The notes under the pieces were generated by a model. The model was not told where the DNA came from. It saw only the letters and a program-made list of their open reading frames with translations, and did no database searches. This document shows, piece after piece, positions 29,552 through 40,471 of a DNA stretch of 64,000 bases. The DNA lies in the NCBI GenBank assembly GCA_963836185.1, contig CAWIIQ010000001.1, forward strand, positions 1,728,001-1,792,000. The letters run 5' to 3'. This stretch comes from Candidatus Krumholzibacteriia bacterium. Its GTDB lineage: Bacteria > Krumholzibacteriota > Krumholzibacteriia > Krumholzibacteriales > Krumholzibacteriaceae. Position numbers and translations under genes: made by a program. Positions within the stretch are counted from its first letter, which is position 1; each line of letters begins with the position of its first letter.

Positions 29552-30792
29552 TGGGCTCGACTCTCGATAAATACGCGGATATATGCGGACCTGACGTCAT
29601 AGATCAGCTAAGGCAGCTCGTCGCGCCTCTGAAGGGGGCAAAGGTGATCCATGTCAACTCGACGCGCAAGGGCGGCGGTGTTGCTGAGATCCTGGCCAAG
29701 CTTGTCCCGCTGAAGAAAGAACTCGGCATAGACGTATCATGGGAGGTCATCGAGGGAGACGCCGATTTCTTCAAGTGCACGAAAGGATTTCATAACGCGC
29801 TCCAGGGCAACAGGATCGATATACCCCGATCGCTGCTGAATAATTACGAGGAGACCAACCGGCGTAATTCCGAGGAACTTAAGAAAAAACTCGAGGATGC
29901 GGACATAGTCTTCATACATGATCCGCAGCCCGCGCCTCTTCTCCAGTACTGCCCCGACCGGAAGGGGAAATGGATATGGCGGTGTCATATCGACGCGAGC
30001 AGTCCGTATCGTCCTGTCTGGAAATATCTCAGGAACTTTGTCTCCGGGTACGATGCCAGTATCTTTTCTCTCGCTGCGTTCGCGCAGCCCCTTCCTCACG
30101 TAGAGTATCTCATCGCTCCCAGTATCGATCCCCTCAGCGACAAGAACATAGAGCTCGAACGGTCAGAGATCGAATCTGTGGTCTCCGGCATGGGCATCGA
30201 TCTCGAACGACCCGTGATGACACAGGTCTCCCGTTTCGATATATTCAAGGACCCTGTAGGAGTCATACGTGCGTACAGGCTCACTAAAAAGTTCATACCG
30301 ACCCTTCAGCTCATACTCGCCGGCGGCGAGGCGACGGATGACCCCGAGGCACTAACCGTGCTCGAGGACGTCAGAACCGCGGCGAATGACGATCCCGACG
30401 TTCATATCCTGCTCCTTCCTGCCGACGCGCACCGCTCAATAAACGCGATTCAACGCGCGTCAGATATAGTCCTTCAGAAATCTCTCAGGGAAGGTTTCGG
30501 GCTGACAGTGACTGAGGCCATGTGGAAAGGCAAGCCTGTCATCGGGGGAGATACGGGCGGTATCAGGATACAGGTCGTAAACCACCAGACAGGATTCCTC
30601 GTAAACACTCCCGAAGGAGCGGCTCTCAGGGCGAGGTACCTTCTCTTCCACAGGGATCTCCTTCAGGAGATGGGAGAGAAAGGGAAGAACTTTGTCCGGG
30701 AGAATTTCCTTCTCACGCGTCACCTGCGCGAATACCTGACGGTGATGGTCTCGCTGCTGCGCGGCCGCGGCGACAGGATAGAACTCGAATAG
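29548..30792 (+). CDS. treT: Trehalose glycosyltransferring synthase
   Basis: HVNSTRKGGGVAEIL, HDPQP, WRCHID, SRFD.FKDP and EGFGLTVTEAMWK. Confidence 0.88.
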   Translation: MMGSTLDKYADICGPDVIDQLRQLVAPLKGAKVIHVNSTRKGGGVAEILAKLVPLKKELGIDVSWEVIEGDADFFKCTKGFHNALQGNRIDIPRSLLNNYEETNRRNSEELKKKLEDADIVFIHDPQPAPLLQYCPDRKGKWIWRCHIDASSPYRPVWKYLRNFVSGYDASIFSLAAFAQPLPHVEYLIAPSIDPLSDKNIELERSEIESVVSGMGIDLERPVMTQVSRFDIFKDPVGVIRAYRLTKKFIPTLQLILAGGEATDDPEALTVLEDVRTAANDDPDVHILLLPADAHRSINAIQRASDIVLQKSLREGFGLTVTEAMWKGKPVIGGDTGGIRIQVVNHQTGFLVNTPEGAALRARYLLFHRDLLQEMGEKGKNFVRENFLLTRHLREYLTVMVSLLRGRGDRIELE

Positions 30793-30797
30793 AACCA

Positions 30798-31580
30798 ATG
30801 AAGATACTCACCTCCGGAACGAATATAGAATCATTCTTCGAGCACCTGGGATGCTCCGAAGGCCGATTGCTTATGCTCGACTATGACGGCACTCTCTCGC
30901 CGTATAAAATCGAGCGTCACGAGGCGGTGCCGTATCCGGGGATCAGGGAAATACTCTTCGAAGCGCTGAGCGCCTCGGACTGCAGGACTGTGATCGTAAG
31001 CGGCCGGTCGATATCCGATCTGCTCCCCCTTCTCGGAATAGATAAAGGGATAGAGATATGGGGGTGTCACGGTTGGGAGAGACTCGGCCCTGACGGTGCC
31101 TATACCGGTCCGGACCTCGGCGCAGGTATACCGGCCGGACTGGAAGAGGCGGCATCAATTGCCAGTGCGGCGGGATTAGAAGAATACCTCGAGATAAAGC
31201 CTGCGTCAGTAGCAATTCACTGGCGCGGCCTCAATGAATTAACGACTTCAATGATCGAAACAGATATCGGCGGGAAATGGCAGGGTATCGCGAAAGTCAT
31301 CGGCCTGGAACTCCACCGCTTCAACGGAGGCCTCGAATTGAGACCGAAAGGGATGAACAAGGGCATGGTAGTAGAAAAGCTGCTTCCGGAAAGTGGCGGA
31401 GCCGCGGCCTACCTCGGTGATGACATGACGGATGAGGATGCCTTCAGGGCCATTTCAGGCAGGGGCCTCGGCGTCCTCGTCAGCCCGGAAATCAGAGAGA
31501 CGGCGGCAGACATCTGGCTCGCACCTCCCGGCGAGTTGAAATGGTTCCTCGAGAGATGGATAGAAATCTGTGGTAACTGA
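30798..31580 (+). CDS. otsB: Trehalose-6-phosphate phosphatase
   Basis: HAD motifs LDYDGTL, SGR and GDDMTDEDAF. Confidence 0.92.
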   Translation: MKILTSGTNIESFFEHLGCSEGRLLMLDYDGTLSPYKIERHEAVPYPGIREILFEALSASDCRTVIVSGRSISDLLPLLGIDKGIEIWGCHGWERLGPDGAYTGPDLGAGIPAGLEEAASIASAAGLEEYLEIKPASVAIHWRGLNELTTSMIETDIGGKWQGIAKVIGLELHRFNGGLELRPKGMNKGMVVEKLLPESGGAAAYLGDDMTDEDAFRAISGRGLGVLVSPEIRETAADIWLAPPGELKWFLERWIEICGN

Positions 31581-31581
31581 G

Positions 31582-33045
31582 ATGGATAGAGACGGCAGGA
31601 AACTTATAATCGCTTCCAACAGGCTCCCCTTCGTCCTGGAACGAAAGGACGATTCATGGAATCTCGTGCCCGGTTCCGGGGGGCTGGTCACTGCCCTCGC
31701 TCCCGTTCTCAGGGACCGGGGCGGCATCTGGATAGGATGGCCGGGAATAGCCGGTTCCGTCGACATATCAGATCAGATAGCCATCGCCTCCTCAAGCGCC
31801 GGGTTCGATATGAAACCCGTACATCTCGACGAGGAAGATGTGAAACGATACTATATCGGCCTGTCTAACGAAGTACTCTGGCCCCTCTTTCATGACCTCC
31901 AGTCGTACTGCAATTTCGATCCGTCATACTGGCAGTCCTACCTCGACATCAATAAACGGTTCGCCCGCGTAATAGGAGCCAATACCGGGCCGGATGATTT
32001 CATCTGGGTCCACGACTATCACCTTCTCGACACGGCGAGTGAACTCAAGAGAACGGGCACATCTACCAATATAGGATTCTTCCTTCATATCCCCTTCCCC
32101 CCTCTCGATATCTTCGCCAAGCTCCCGTGGAGATCGGAGATCCTCCGCGCGATGCTGGACTATGACCTGATCGGCTTTCAGACTCTAAGAGACAGGCGTA
32201 ATTTCATACAGTGCCTTCGTACCTTTGTAGAAGATATATCCATAGAGGGGAAAGGCCAGGTGCTCACAGCCAGGGCGGGCGACAGATCGATCAGGATAGG
32301 CTACTTCCCGATAAGCATAGACTATAACGAATTCTCCCAGATGGCTGGATCGAAGGAAGTCGCGGACGCCGCCTGGTATATTCACGAGGACATCCCGAAG
32401 GGCAAGATCATCCTTGGAGTCGACAGGCTGGACTACACAAAGGGCATCCTGTACAGACTCAGGGCATTCGAAAATTTCCTGATCAAACACCCGGAGCTGC
32501 ACAGAAAGATAACCCTGATACAGGTAGTGGTCCCGAGCAGGCGTGACATACCCGTTTACGAAGAACTCAAGATCGAGATAGAGCGGATGGTCGGCGAGAT
32601 AAACGGCAGGTTCACTCGTTCAGGCTGGGTGCCTATCCATTACATCTTCAGGTCACTGACCCGTCCAGAGCTGCTCGGATACTACAGAACGGCGGAGATC
32701 GCGTTGATCACGCCGCTCAAGGACGGAATGAACCTTGTCGCGAAGGAATATTGCGCCTCCAACACTGAGCAGTCCGGTGTCTTGATACTCAGCGAGTTCG
32801 CGGGCGCCGCTCCTCAGATGAAAAGAGGAGCGATCCTGGTAAATCCATATAATATCGAGGAGGTTTCCGAGGCGATATACAGTGCCTGGAAGATGGATCT
32901 CCGTGAGCGCCGCACCAGGATGAAGAAGATGCAGAGCTCGGTCGCGAAGAACGATATATACTGGTGGGTGAATTCTTACCTCAACGCTTCGATAGCCGGG
33001 AACCTCGACGACTTCCCGACCGTCGGCTACATCGAGCCTCACTGA
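31582..33045 (+). CDS. otsA: Trehalose-6-phosphate synthase
   Basis: [30 protein letters not shown] and DGMNLVAKE; GTG at 31570 is an alternative start. Confidence 0.95.
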   Translation: MDRDGRKLIIASNRLPFVLERKDDSWNLVPGSGGLVTALAPVLRDRGGIWIGWPGIAGSVDISDQIAIASSSAGFDMKPVHLDEEDVKRYYIGLSNEVLWPLFHDLQSYCNFDPSYWQSYLDINKRFARVIGANTGPDDFIWVHDYHLLDTASELKRTGTSTNIGFFLHIPFPPLDIFAKLPWRSEILRAMLDYDLIGFQTLRDRRNFIQCLRTFVEDISIEGKGQVLTARAGDRSIRIGYFPISIDYNEFSQMAGSKEVADAAWYIHEDIPKGKIILGVDRLDYTKGILYRLRAFENFLIKHPELHRKITLIQVVVPSRRDIPVYEELKIEIERMVGEINGRFTRSGWVPIHYIFRSLTRPELLGYYRTAEIALITPLKDGMNLVAKEYCASNTEQSGVLILSEFAGAAPQMKRGAILVNPYNIEEVSEAIYSAWKMDLRERRTRMKKMQSSVAKNDIYWWVNSYLNASIAGNLDDFPTVGYIEPH

Positions 33046-33048
33046 CGA

Positions 33049-34149
33049 TCAGAGCAGTTCCCCGTAGACATCCTCCGTCTTCGCGACAGACATGGTAAGT
33101 GTAAAGCGGTCCTCATAGATCCGCCTTCCCGCTTCTCCCATGCTTCGCGTCATCGTCTCGTCGGCGGCGAGCCGCATAACAGCGTCAGCGAGGGACACTT
33201 CATCTCCCGGAGCCACCAGAATACCGCTGACTCCGTCTTCGACCTGTTCCGGGATACCGAATATGCCTGATGCCACTACTGGCCGGCCGGCCGCCATCGC
33301 CTCAAGTATGACGTAAGGGGTCGCCTCCATCAGGGACGGAACGACGAGTATGTCCGAGCGAGCTATCAGACCGGGCATGTCATCGACCCGGCCGAGAAGA
33401 GTCACTCTTCCGCCGGCTCCTGATGATTCGATCCTGGACTCGATCTCCCCGCGCAGAGGTCCTTCACCCGCGATAGACAGATGGATCCTTTCGGGCAGCC
33501 GTTCCATCGCGGAGAGAAGGAGCATTTGACCTTTTCTTTCTTCAAGCGCTCCCGCCACGAGCAGTTCGACCATATCGCCGCCAGCTTCTTTCCCTGCGCC
33601 ATTGAGCTCCGGATAGGGGATGCCGTTATAGACTACCCGTATTTTTTCCTGCGGCACCGCGTGCTGCTCGACAAGATGTTGCCTGTTGTCCTCGCTGACC
33701 GTTATGAACCTTGATACATGCGGCATATGGATCGCCCTTATGATCCTTGCCTTCGCGAAGGATCCGATCATCGGGAGATGCTCGGTCGTAACGATCCTCC
33801 CGTTACCGGCAAGTCTGGCCAGCGACGCGGGAAGTCCATAGGAGCAGTCGAACGGACCGGGCATGTTGATGTGGACTATGTCAGGACGAAGCCGCCTCAG
33901 AAGACCGGTGAAAAGTCTCGCGCCTGCGGCGGAAGCGAATGATCTCCCGTCCGTCGTTTCGCTCCGCACCCCTTTTTCCATGACGGCCGTCCGCAGCCGT
34001 TCAAGGCCGGGCGTGCCGGAGGTAACGAGGATCGGTTCATACCTTTCTCTGTCGAGCCCGCCCGCGAGCAGTTCGATATACTTCTCGGCTCCGCCGAAAT
34101 AAGCGGCGCCGGATATGAAAACGATTCTTCTGCGGCCGTCAACATTCAT
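33049..34149 (-). CDS. Glycosyltransferase family 4
   Basis: GGAEK, YNGI and EATPYVILEAMAAG. Confidence 0.9.
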   Translation of the reverse strand: MNVDGRRRIVFISGAAYFGGAEKYIELLAGGLDRERYEPILVTSGTPGLERLRTAVMEKGVRSETTDGRSFASAAGARLFTGLLRRLRPDIVHINMPGPFDCSYGLPASLARLAGNGRIVTTEHLPMIGSFAKARIIRAIHMPHVSRFITVSEDNRQHLVEQHAVPQEKIRVVYNGIPYPELNGAGKEAGGDMVELLVAGALEERKGQMLLLSAMERLPERIHLSIAGEGPLRGEIESRIESSGAGGRVTLLGRVDDMPGLIARSDILVVPSLMEATPYVILEAMAAGRPVVASGIFGIPEQVEDGVSGILVAPGDEVSLADAVMRLAADETMTRSMGEAGRRIYEDRFTLTMSVAKTEDVYGELL

Positions 34150-34158
34150 ATCGGCAGT

Positions 34159-36732
34159 CTAATCTCTGATGGTTACTTTGCCGGCAATGTATCCGGCATA
34201 CGAATCCTCGTTGAGGAAATAATCCTTCAGCCACCTGTCGGGCAGGTATGCACGTCTCTTCGTCGAGATCCTTACCTCATAATCACCTTCAGCCATTCCC
34301 CGCGGAATCCTGACCAGGATCTTCTGCCTCTCCTTCTCGCCAGCGTTCCACATGTCCGGCTGCGCGCCGCCGGCGTCGATTCTCCCGGAGACTGTATACC
34401 GGTAGAGTTCTCCTCTCCTGCGCTCCACGCTTCTCCTGTACTGTTTGCCGTACCACTCCCTGTAGAAAGGCCCTTTGCTGAAATCAGTATCAAATCGCAC
34501 GGTCCAGTAGAAGGGCAGCCCGAAGCCCGCATTTTCATCGACCGTCCAGCATACAGTTATGACGGCGGTATCCCCCGGTTTGTAATCATCATCATCCATT
34601 GAAAATCCGGTGAGAACCATCCCCTCCCCGGCCGCTACATCCCGATCGCCCGAACAGGAGTCCGCCTCTGCCCGCGCGCCCCCTGAACCCGCGGGATGCG
34701 AGGCCTCGACAGCGAAGAGTATCATTGTCCCTTTCGAGCGGATCTCCCTCAGGAAGGGGTACATACCGAACCTGATCATGGATCGAAGCCCGGATTCCTG
34801 AGAGTTGACACCGAAGAAATCCTCTATCAGCGGAGGGGCTGTGTTGACAAACAGGTATTCAGCACCGCAGGCAAGAATGCGTTCCCTGACGACAGAATCA
34901 GGAAGCACAGGAGAAAAGATATCTCTCGACACCTTGACCCGCGTGATCGCTTCTGTATCAGCTGGAGAGCAGTGCTGGTCGAGTATCACGGTGACAAAAT
35001 GATCAGTGAACGCTGATATATCATAGCTTGATACCGGATCGGCGGCTATCACGGACCCCTCCGGGATGCCGGAGAGAAATTCATCGATCATCTCCGCCCT
35101 TCCCTCTTCACCATGACCGTTATTCATCAGGAGTGAAGATATCCTGCCTGAAAGTGATGCCGCGGACGGTCTCAGGAAGACACCAGCGAAAATGGCGAAC
35201 AGAAGAACTCCGGTGACCCGGATTCCCGCCCTTCGTTTCCAGCTTCCATCATCTTTTTCAAGCCGCCATCTCCCGGTCAGCGCGCCTCTTCCGGCGCCGA
35301 ATACGGCGATGGCGATAAATACCATCGCAGGCGCAGCGTAAAGCAGGCGGTAGTGCATGTAACCGGCCAGACTATCAAGTGGAGTCGCCGTCAATGGATT
35401 GAGCACGAGGAGGACCGGGAACGAGAATAGCACCCAGACGAGACGCGATCTCCTGTACCCCGACGCGATGACTGGAAAGATCGGCAGCACGATCACCGCG
35501 AACAGAAACGGGAATCCCATTCCGGAAATCAGTTCAGCCGGATCGATGACCCTCAGCCATGCGGTGATATTCATCATCCCCTGCGTATGAGTATGAATCA
35601 TGTTCGGGTGATCGGGAAAATTTATCAGCCTCGCCGCGAGAGGAAGGGCGACAGCCGCGGCGACGAGCGGTACGGCTCTCCAGAAACGGCCCATCCATTC
35701 CCCTCCCCAGCGAGGGACCGAAACGTAGATAAGCAGACCGAGCAGAAAGACCCCGAGAACGGGAGCGTACGAAAGATGTATCGCGGTTCCGGCCGCCGCT
35801 GTAAGAGCGACGATACCGAGATCTTTCCCTCTCTGCTCCCTGAGATACCTGATCATGAATCCAGCTGTTCCCCAGAACAGGATCTGCGCGATATTCCTGC
35901 TGTATGAGAGTTTTGTCAGCCAGACAAACCCATCGTCCCTGAAGAAAAGGAATAGAAAAAGAACTGACAGGGCTTTCACAGGAATCGACCCCGAAAGTTC
36001 CCCGGCAAAGAACCAGAATATCACGATGGCGAAGAAGGACAGGAAGGCGGGCATCATCGCCCAGAGGTCATGCGGTTCTGCGTCGGCCATCCAGGCCCAC
36101 AATGAGACCACGGGATGCCATATTCCCTTTCGCGGATCGAATGATATCCCGTCCCCGTCTATATGGAATGAGTTGCCCGGCAGCAAACCCCCTCCATCCA
36201 GGCTTCTTCTGATAAAGCTTATATGATCGGGAGCGTCCGTATTCACGCCGAGTTCTCCATTTCCGGCAAGTAACGCGGCGCATATTCCGAAGAGAAGGAC
36301 AAAGACGATCAGCATCGCCTTTTTTTCCCTCGCTGAATAGTCCTCCCTGCGGGAAAAGACTCCTATAAGATCGGCGGACTTTTCATCCTCTCTCTTTCCC
36401 GTGGCTATACCACGGTAAGCAAGGGCGATGATGATCGAAGCCGCATAAGCTACAGCGATAAAAGTATATGCTATCCCCGGAATGAAGCCGATGCAGACAA
36501 AGAGGCAGGCGTAGGATATTCCCGTCAGAAAGACCCGTGTAATTCCCTCGAAATCAGCCTTTGCCCCTCCAAACAGCAGGTCGGAATATAGGATGCCCGG
36601 TAGAATTATCAGAGTATAGAACGCAAGCGCTATCCCCGCGCTGTCGGGTCCAGGAAGTATCCTCAGGCCGGTGAGAAGTGACAGCAGTACAACCGTGATA
36701 TTTACGATCAGAAAAGTCGTTCGTCTGTTCAA
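34159..36732 (-). CDS. Large polytopic membrane protein, probable GT-C glycosyltransferase
   Basis: More than 12 hydrophobic helices, acidic DAPDH loop after an early TM block, soluble beta-rich C-terminal domain. Confidence 0.55.
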   Translation of the reverse strand: MNRRTTFLIVNITVVLLSLLTGLRILPGPDSAGIALAFYTLIILPGILYSDLLFGGAKADFEGITRVFLTGISYACLFVCIGFIPGIAYTFIAVAYAASIIIALAYRGIATGKREDEKSADLIGVFSRREDYSAREKKAMLIVFVLLFGICAALLAGNGELGVNTDAPDHISFIRRSLDGGGLLPGNSFHIDGDGISFDPRKGIWHPVVSLWAWMADAEPHDLWAMMPAFLSFFAIVIFWFFAGELSGSIPVKALSVLFLFLFFRDDGFVWLTKLSYSRNIAQILFWGTAGFMIRYLREQRGKDLGIVALTAAAGTAIHLSYAPVLGVFLLGLLIYVSVPRWGGEWMGRFWRAVPLVAAAVALPLAARLINFPDHPNMIHTHTQGMMNITAWLRVIDPAELISGMGFPFLFAVIVLPIFPVIASGYRRSRLVWVLFSFPVLLVLNPLTATPLDSLAGYMHYRLLYAAPAMVFIAIAVFGAGRGALTGRWRLEKDDGSWKRRAGIRVTGVLLFAIFAGVFLRPSAASLSGRISSLLMNNGHGEEGRAEMIDEFLSGIPEGSVIAADPVSSYDISAFTDHFVTVILDQHCSPADTEAITRVKVSRDIFSPVLPDSVVRERILACGAEYLFVNTAPPLIEDFFGVNSQESGLRSMIRFGMYPFLREIRSKGTMILFAVEASHPAGSGGARAEADSCSGDRDVAAGEGMVLTGFSMDDDDYKPGDTAVITVCWTVDENAGFGLPFYWTVRFDTDFSKGPFYREWYGKQYRRSVERRRGELYRYTVSGRIDAGGAQPDMWNAGEKERQKILVRIPRGMAEGDYEVRISTKRRAYLPDRWLKDYFLNEDSYAGYIAGKVTIRD

Positions 36733-36746
36733 GGACCGCTGCCCCC

Positions 36747-37121
36747 CTACTGACCGGAGAATGTCCGGCCCACGAGGAATACACCGAGGCAGATCACGAG
36801 GATGCCGATAAACCGCTGGATCGAGAAAGACTCACCGAGCAACATGGGCGAGAAGATGGCGGTCAGAACGTATGAGAGGCTGACCATGGGAAAGGCCCAG
36901 CTCAATTCAGCGCGGGAAAGCAGGACTATCCAGAGCGCGGCGCTGATGGCATAGGCGGAGAACCCCCCGATAACGTAGCCTGAAGTAGCGACCCGGGGAA
37001 GGAACTCGAAGAATCTCGACAGATCTATCTTTCCTATCTTGTTTATCCCCGCTTTCATCATGAACTGTCCCGTGGTGTTCAGGCAGACTGTCACGAGTAT
37101 CAGGAGCAGGTTCTTCAGCAT
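36747..37121 (-). CDS. EamA/ArnE-F-like small flippase
   Basis: Four-TM DMT protein: GQFMMKAG and LSRAELSWAFPMVSLSY. Confidence 0.8.
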   Translation of the reverse strand: MLKNLLLILVTVCLNTTGQFMMKAGINKIGKIDLSRFFEFLPRVATSGYVIGGFSAYAISAALWIVLLSRAELSWAFPMVSLSYVLTAIFSPMLLGESFSIQRFIGILVICLGVFLVGRTFSGQ

Positions 37122-37132
37122 TTTGACCTTTC

Positions 37133-37816
37133 CTATTTCTTCAACGGCGTGAAACGCAGTTTTACCAGGTACATCAGGTTCTCAAAACCGTCTTTCCACT
37201 TGTTCAGTTTTACCTCTCCCACCCTCGGGTGATAGTTCACGTTATACTCATCGAACCTTATCTCCGGATGCCTGATCGCGTTTATCTTTATCTCTTCACT
37301 TAAAGGCATACCATCGCTCTTCAGCTGGAGTTTCGGGTAGATCTCGCTCTTATAGATCCACATCCCTGACTGAGAGTCCCTGATACCCCGCATGAACAGG
37401 ATCAGGGTCGCCATGGTCAGCACACCGTTCCCGACCTTGTTGGTGAAATTCATCGCTTTCGGATCCTTCAGCGGGAACCTCGAAGCGTTCACGAAATCAA
37501 GGCCGTTATCGAGAAGATAATCGATACATTCCTCGATCTGCTCGACTGCATAGGTCCCGTCCCCATCCATCGTTATCGTAATATCACCCGTGACCGCGGG
37601 CAACCCCGCCTTATACGCCGCTCCATACCCCTTCCTCTTCTCGAAGACGACCCTCGCGCCTTTCTCCTCAGCTACCTGAGCAGTACGGTCAGTAGAGTTG
37701 TTATCAACGACTACGACTTCGTCGATCGACGCTGGAAGCGAGTCGATGACCAGGGCGACTCCCACTTCCTCGTTGAAACAGGGGATCACTACGGATATCT
37801 TCTTGTCACGGTACAT
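37133..37816 (-). CDS. GT2 polyprenol-phosphate glycosyltransferase (DPM1/GtrB-like)
   Basis: IPCFNEE, VDNNSTD, GYGAA, MDGDG, DSQSG and RVGEVKL. Confidence 0.88.
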   Translation of the reverse strand: MYRDKKISVVIPCFNEEVGVALVIDSLPASIDEVVVVDNNSTDRTAQVAEEKGARVVFEKRKGYGAAYKAGLPAVTGDITITMDGDGTYAVEQIEECIDYLLDNGLDFVNASRFPLKDPKAMNFTNKVGNGVLTMATLILFMRGIRDSQSGMWIYKSEIYPKLQLKSDGMPLSEEIKINAIRHPEIRFDEYNVNYHPRVGEVKLNKWKDGFENLMYLVKLRFTPLKK

Positions 37817-37829
37817 GATTTTTCCTTCT

Positions 37830-39332
37830 TCAGAGTATGGATACGATCTTTTCCTTCAGAGGGATCGGAAGCCTCATGAGGAGGGCCTTCTCCCTTTCGC
37901 CAAACAACCTCAGGAGTTTTACTCCCGCCAGCAGCAAGAATACACCGATCAGCATCTGAGCGGCAAGCGCGATGGGAGAATCCCATCTTGAAGCGCTGAT
38001 CCCCAGCAGAGCGGTCGGTAAAGCAGCGAGATAACACCGGGCAATAAAACCTGCCGGTATCGACAGGCTGGAATCGAATCTTCCTGCGACCATCCTGAAT
38101 ATAACGATGGCAAGCAGCATGATCGCTGCTACGGGGAAAAACGCCCCCCATAACCCGAATCTGGGGATAAATGCAAGATCCAGACCGACATTGACGATGG
38201 CGAGGGCGATGAATACAAGCATGTTGACCCAGCTCTTCTCCATGACATACAGGGCCATGCTAAGTGGAGTATAGAGAAAGGAATACGAGAAGACAACGAA
38301 AAACAGCCTTGTCATTTCGGCCGCCGGCGCCATCCCTGACCCGAAAAGAAGGGGTACGAGCGGCCCGGAAAAAGCGAATCCCATAGCCGCTACAGGCACT
38401 ACGAGAAGAAAGAGAAGGCGGAAATAGATATCTACCGCTTCGGCGAGTTTCCCCGGATCCCTTGTGTAGGCCTCCGATATCCCGGCCATGACTATCGGCC
38501 ATATCGACAGGGGGATGAACTCGAGGGCCATCTGAGGGATCCTGTAGGCCAGGCCGAAATGGCCTGCTGCCTCCATTCCTGTGAAATGGCCGAGAAACAG
38601 GACCTCAGAATGCCTCCAGACGATCTGGTTCAGGATCCCGGTAGCTACGAAAGGAATTGAATATCTGAGCATCCTCGCTGCTCCGGGCCCGGGAGAGTCA
38701 TCCATCGGCGCCCTTCGAGTGAGTTCCACCAGATCGGGAAGCAGAAGCAGGATCATTACCAGATTGACGGCTCCACCCGCGGCAAGTACACCGGCGACAC
38801 CGGTTCCTGCCTTCATAAGAAGGATTAATAGAACTACGTATAATACGTTACCTACAACCATTACGAGAGCGAGTCGCTTTGTCTCGTACCACGACTGAAG
38901 GGCATTCATCGTCAGGGTCATCCCTGCTTCGAAGAGAACAAGCCCGACAGCGATAATGACATACCTTCCGAAGACTGACGGGTCCTGATGGAAAAGAGAA
39001 GCGAGCCAGTCTCCCGATAGATACACCGTGACCGACAGGACCGCCCATACGGAGACCTGGAGCACTGCCAGCCTTCCGATGTTGGAGAGAAGGGCCCTCA
39101 TGCCGCCCTTGATCCTCACTTCGGGGATATACCTCAATAATATCTTTTCACCACCGAGCATCACCAGGACAAGAGCGAACGACGTGATCGTCCTGAGGAC
39201 ATTGAGTACTCCCCAGTCATGCTCACCGAGTGAGCGTACGATGACGATATATGAAAGGGGCATGGCTACAAAGCGGGCGACCTTGGCCACGACACTCCAG
39301 GACATCGCATTTCCAGCCTTCTCCACTATCAT
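37830..39332 (-). CDS. Wzx-type oligosaccharide flippase
   Basis: About 14 TM helices of the MOP superfamily; FIPRFGLWGA. Confidence 0.85.
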   Translation of the reverse strand: MIVEKAGNAMSWSVVAKVARFVAMPLSYIVIVRSLGEHDWGVLNVLRTITSFALVLVMLGGEKILLRYIPEVRIKGGMRALLSNIGRLAVLQVSVWAVLSVTVYLSGDWLASLFHQDPSVFGRYVIIAVGLVLFEAGMTLTMNALQSWYETKRLALVMVVGNVLYVVLLILLMKAGTGVAGVLAAGGAVNLVMILLLLPDLVELTRRAPMDDSPGPGAARMLRYSIPFVATGILNQIVWRHSEVLFLGHFTGMEAAGHFGLAYRIPQMALEFIPLSIWPIVMAGISEAYTRDPGKLAEAVDIYFRLLFLLVVPVAAMGFAFSGPLVPLLFGSGMAPAAEMTRLFFVVFSYSFLYTPLSMALYVMEKSWVNMLVFIALAIVNVGLDLAFIPRFGLWGAFFPVAAIMLLAIVIFRMVAGRFDSSLSIPAGFIARCYLAALPTALLGISASRWDSPIALAAQMLIGVFLLLAGVKLLRLFGEREKALLMRLPIPLKEKIVSIL

Positions 39333-40471
39333 CGCTTGCTCTCACCACCCCTGAATCCCGGCAGCAGGAATCCGGCGATAGCGTCTACCGAAGCCTCTTC
39401 CCCTTCGAACTCCTCATTTGAAAACATGACGCTGTCCATGCATGGAGAATCGGGGTGATACCCGTGCATCCCCTTGACCGGAGCGCTTCCCATGTAGCTG
39501 GGCAGTATGATCGTCCCCGGATCGCAGAGGAAGACGATGTCTCCGTACTCATCTCCCTGAAAAGAGACGCCGAGTGACTTGAGTTCATCAGCATCCAGCA
39601 GTCTTCCGCCGGATGTTCCTTCCAGCACCTCTCGTAGAATAGCTTCCGCCCTTTTGCCGCGGACCTTGAAACGGGCCATTGTCGAATCGTAGAAGGGAAT
39701 GATATCCCCCGGTATCCTCAGGTCCGCCGCTTCGACCGCTCCCATCACATCGATATGAGCGGTAACGTCGCACATGCCGTGATCTCCCAGTACCGCAAAC
39801 CTCACATCGGGGAATCTCGAAACGATCGAATCGATCCTCCTGCTGTAGCGTGCAAGCCTTGCCCCTATCTCCCGATCCATCGAGCCGTACCTGTGGAGAT
39901 CCGAATCGAGCCCGGCAGTATAAACGAGATGAAAGAGTGCCCCGCCCGATTCAAGAGCTGATTCCAGGTCATCAAATGCCTGCTCCTCCGGCGTATTGTA
40001 ATCCCTTATGAAGACGCCCCCCTCATCAAATGCATGATCGATGATGCTGCGCCTTTTTCCGCCGCCGGACTGATCGAATATCGATCTCCGGGCGGGAAGT
40101 TCGAGGTGCTCGAGGACTTCTCCGGGAATTTCGTAAAGACTGTAGTAAGCGGATATCCTGTCGACCCTCGACAGCTTCCACCTGAGCAGATCGCGGACCC
40201 ACAGCCTGTCCGGGCCTCCGAACGGCCTGAGTCCACGAAGAATATTAAAAGGAGATCTGCCGGAAGCGAATGAATACATCATCCACAGCCCGTGTTCATC
40301 CGGAACGCTTCCCGTAAGTATCGACGTGAGGGCCGCCTGGCTGAAGCCGAGGACCGTCCTGAGACTGGTCCTGTCCGGCAGGGTTTCCGGCCTGAAACCG
40401 TGCCGTTCTGCCATCTCACTTCCGAGAGCATCGATAATAATAATGGCCGTTCTCTTACTCAAGCCTGTCAT
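39329..40471 (-). CDS. Alkaline phosphatase/phosphodiesterase-superfamily protein
   Basis: Metal-ligand motifs IIIDALG, GFSQAA, LDSDLH, GDHGM and GMHGY. Confidence 0.85.
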   Translation of the reverse strand: MTGLSKRTAIIIIDALGSEMAERHGFRPETLPDRTSLRTVLGFSQAALTSILTGSVPDEHGLWMMYSFASGRSPFNILRGLRPFGGPDRLWVRDLLRWKLSRVDRISAYYSLYEIPGEVLEHLELPARRSIFDQSGGGKRRSIIDHAFDEGGVFIRDYNTPEEQAFDDLESALESGGALFHLVYTAGLDSDLHRYGSMDREIGARLARYSRRIDSIVSRFPDVRFAVLGDHGMCDVTAHIDVMGAVEAADLRIPGDIIPFYDSTMARFKVRGKRAEAILREVLEGTSGGRLLDADELKSLGVSFQGDEYGDIVFLCDPGTIILPSYMGSAPVKGMHGYHPDSPCMDSVMFSNEEFEGEEASVDAIAGFLLPGFRGGESKR

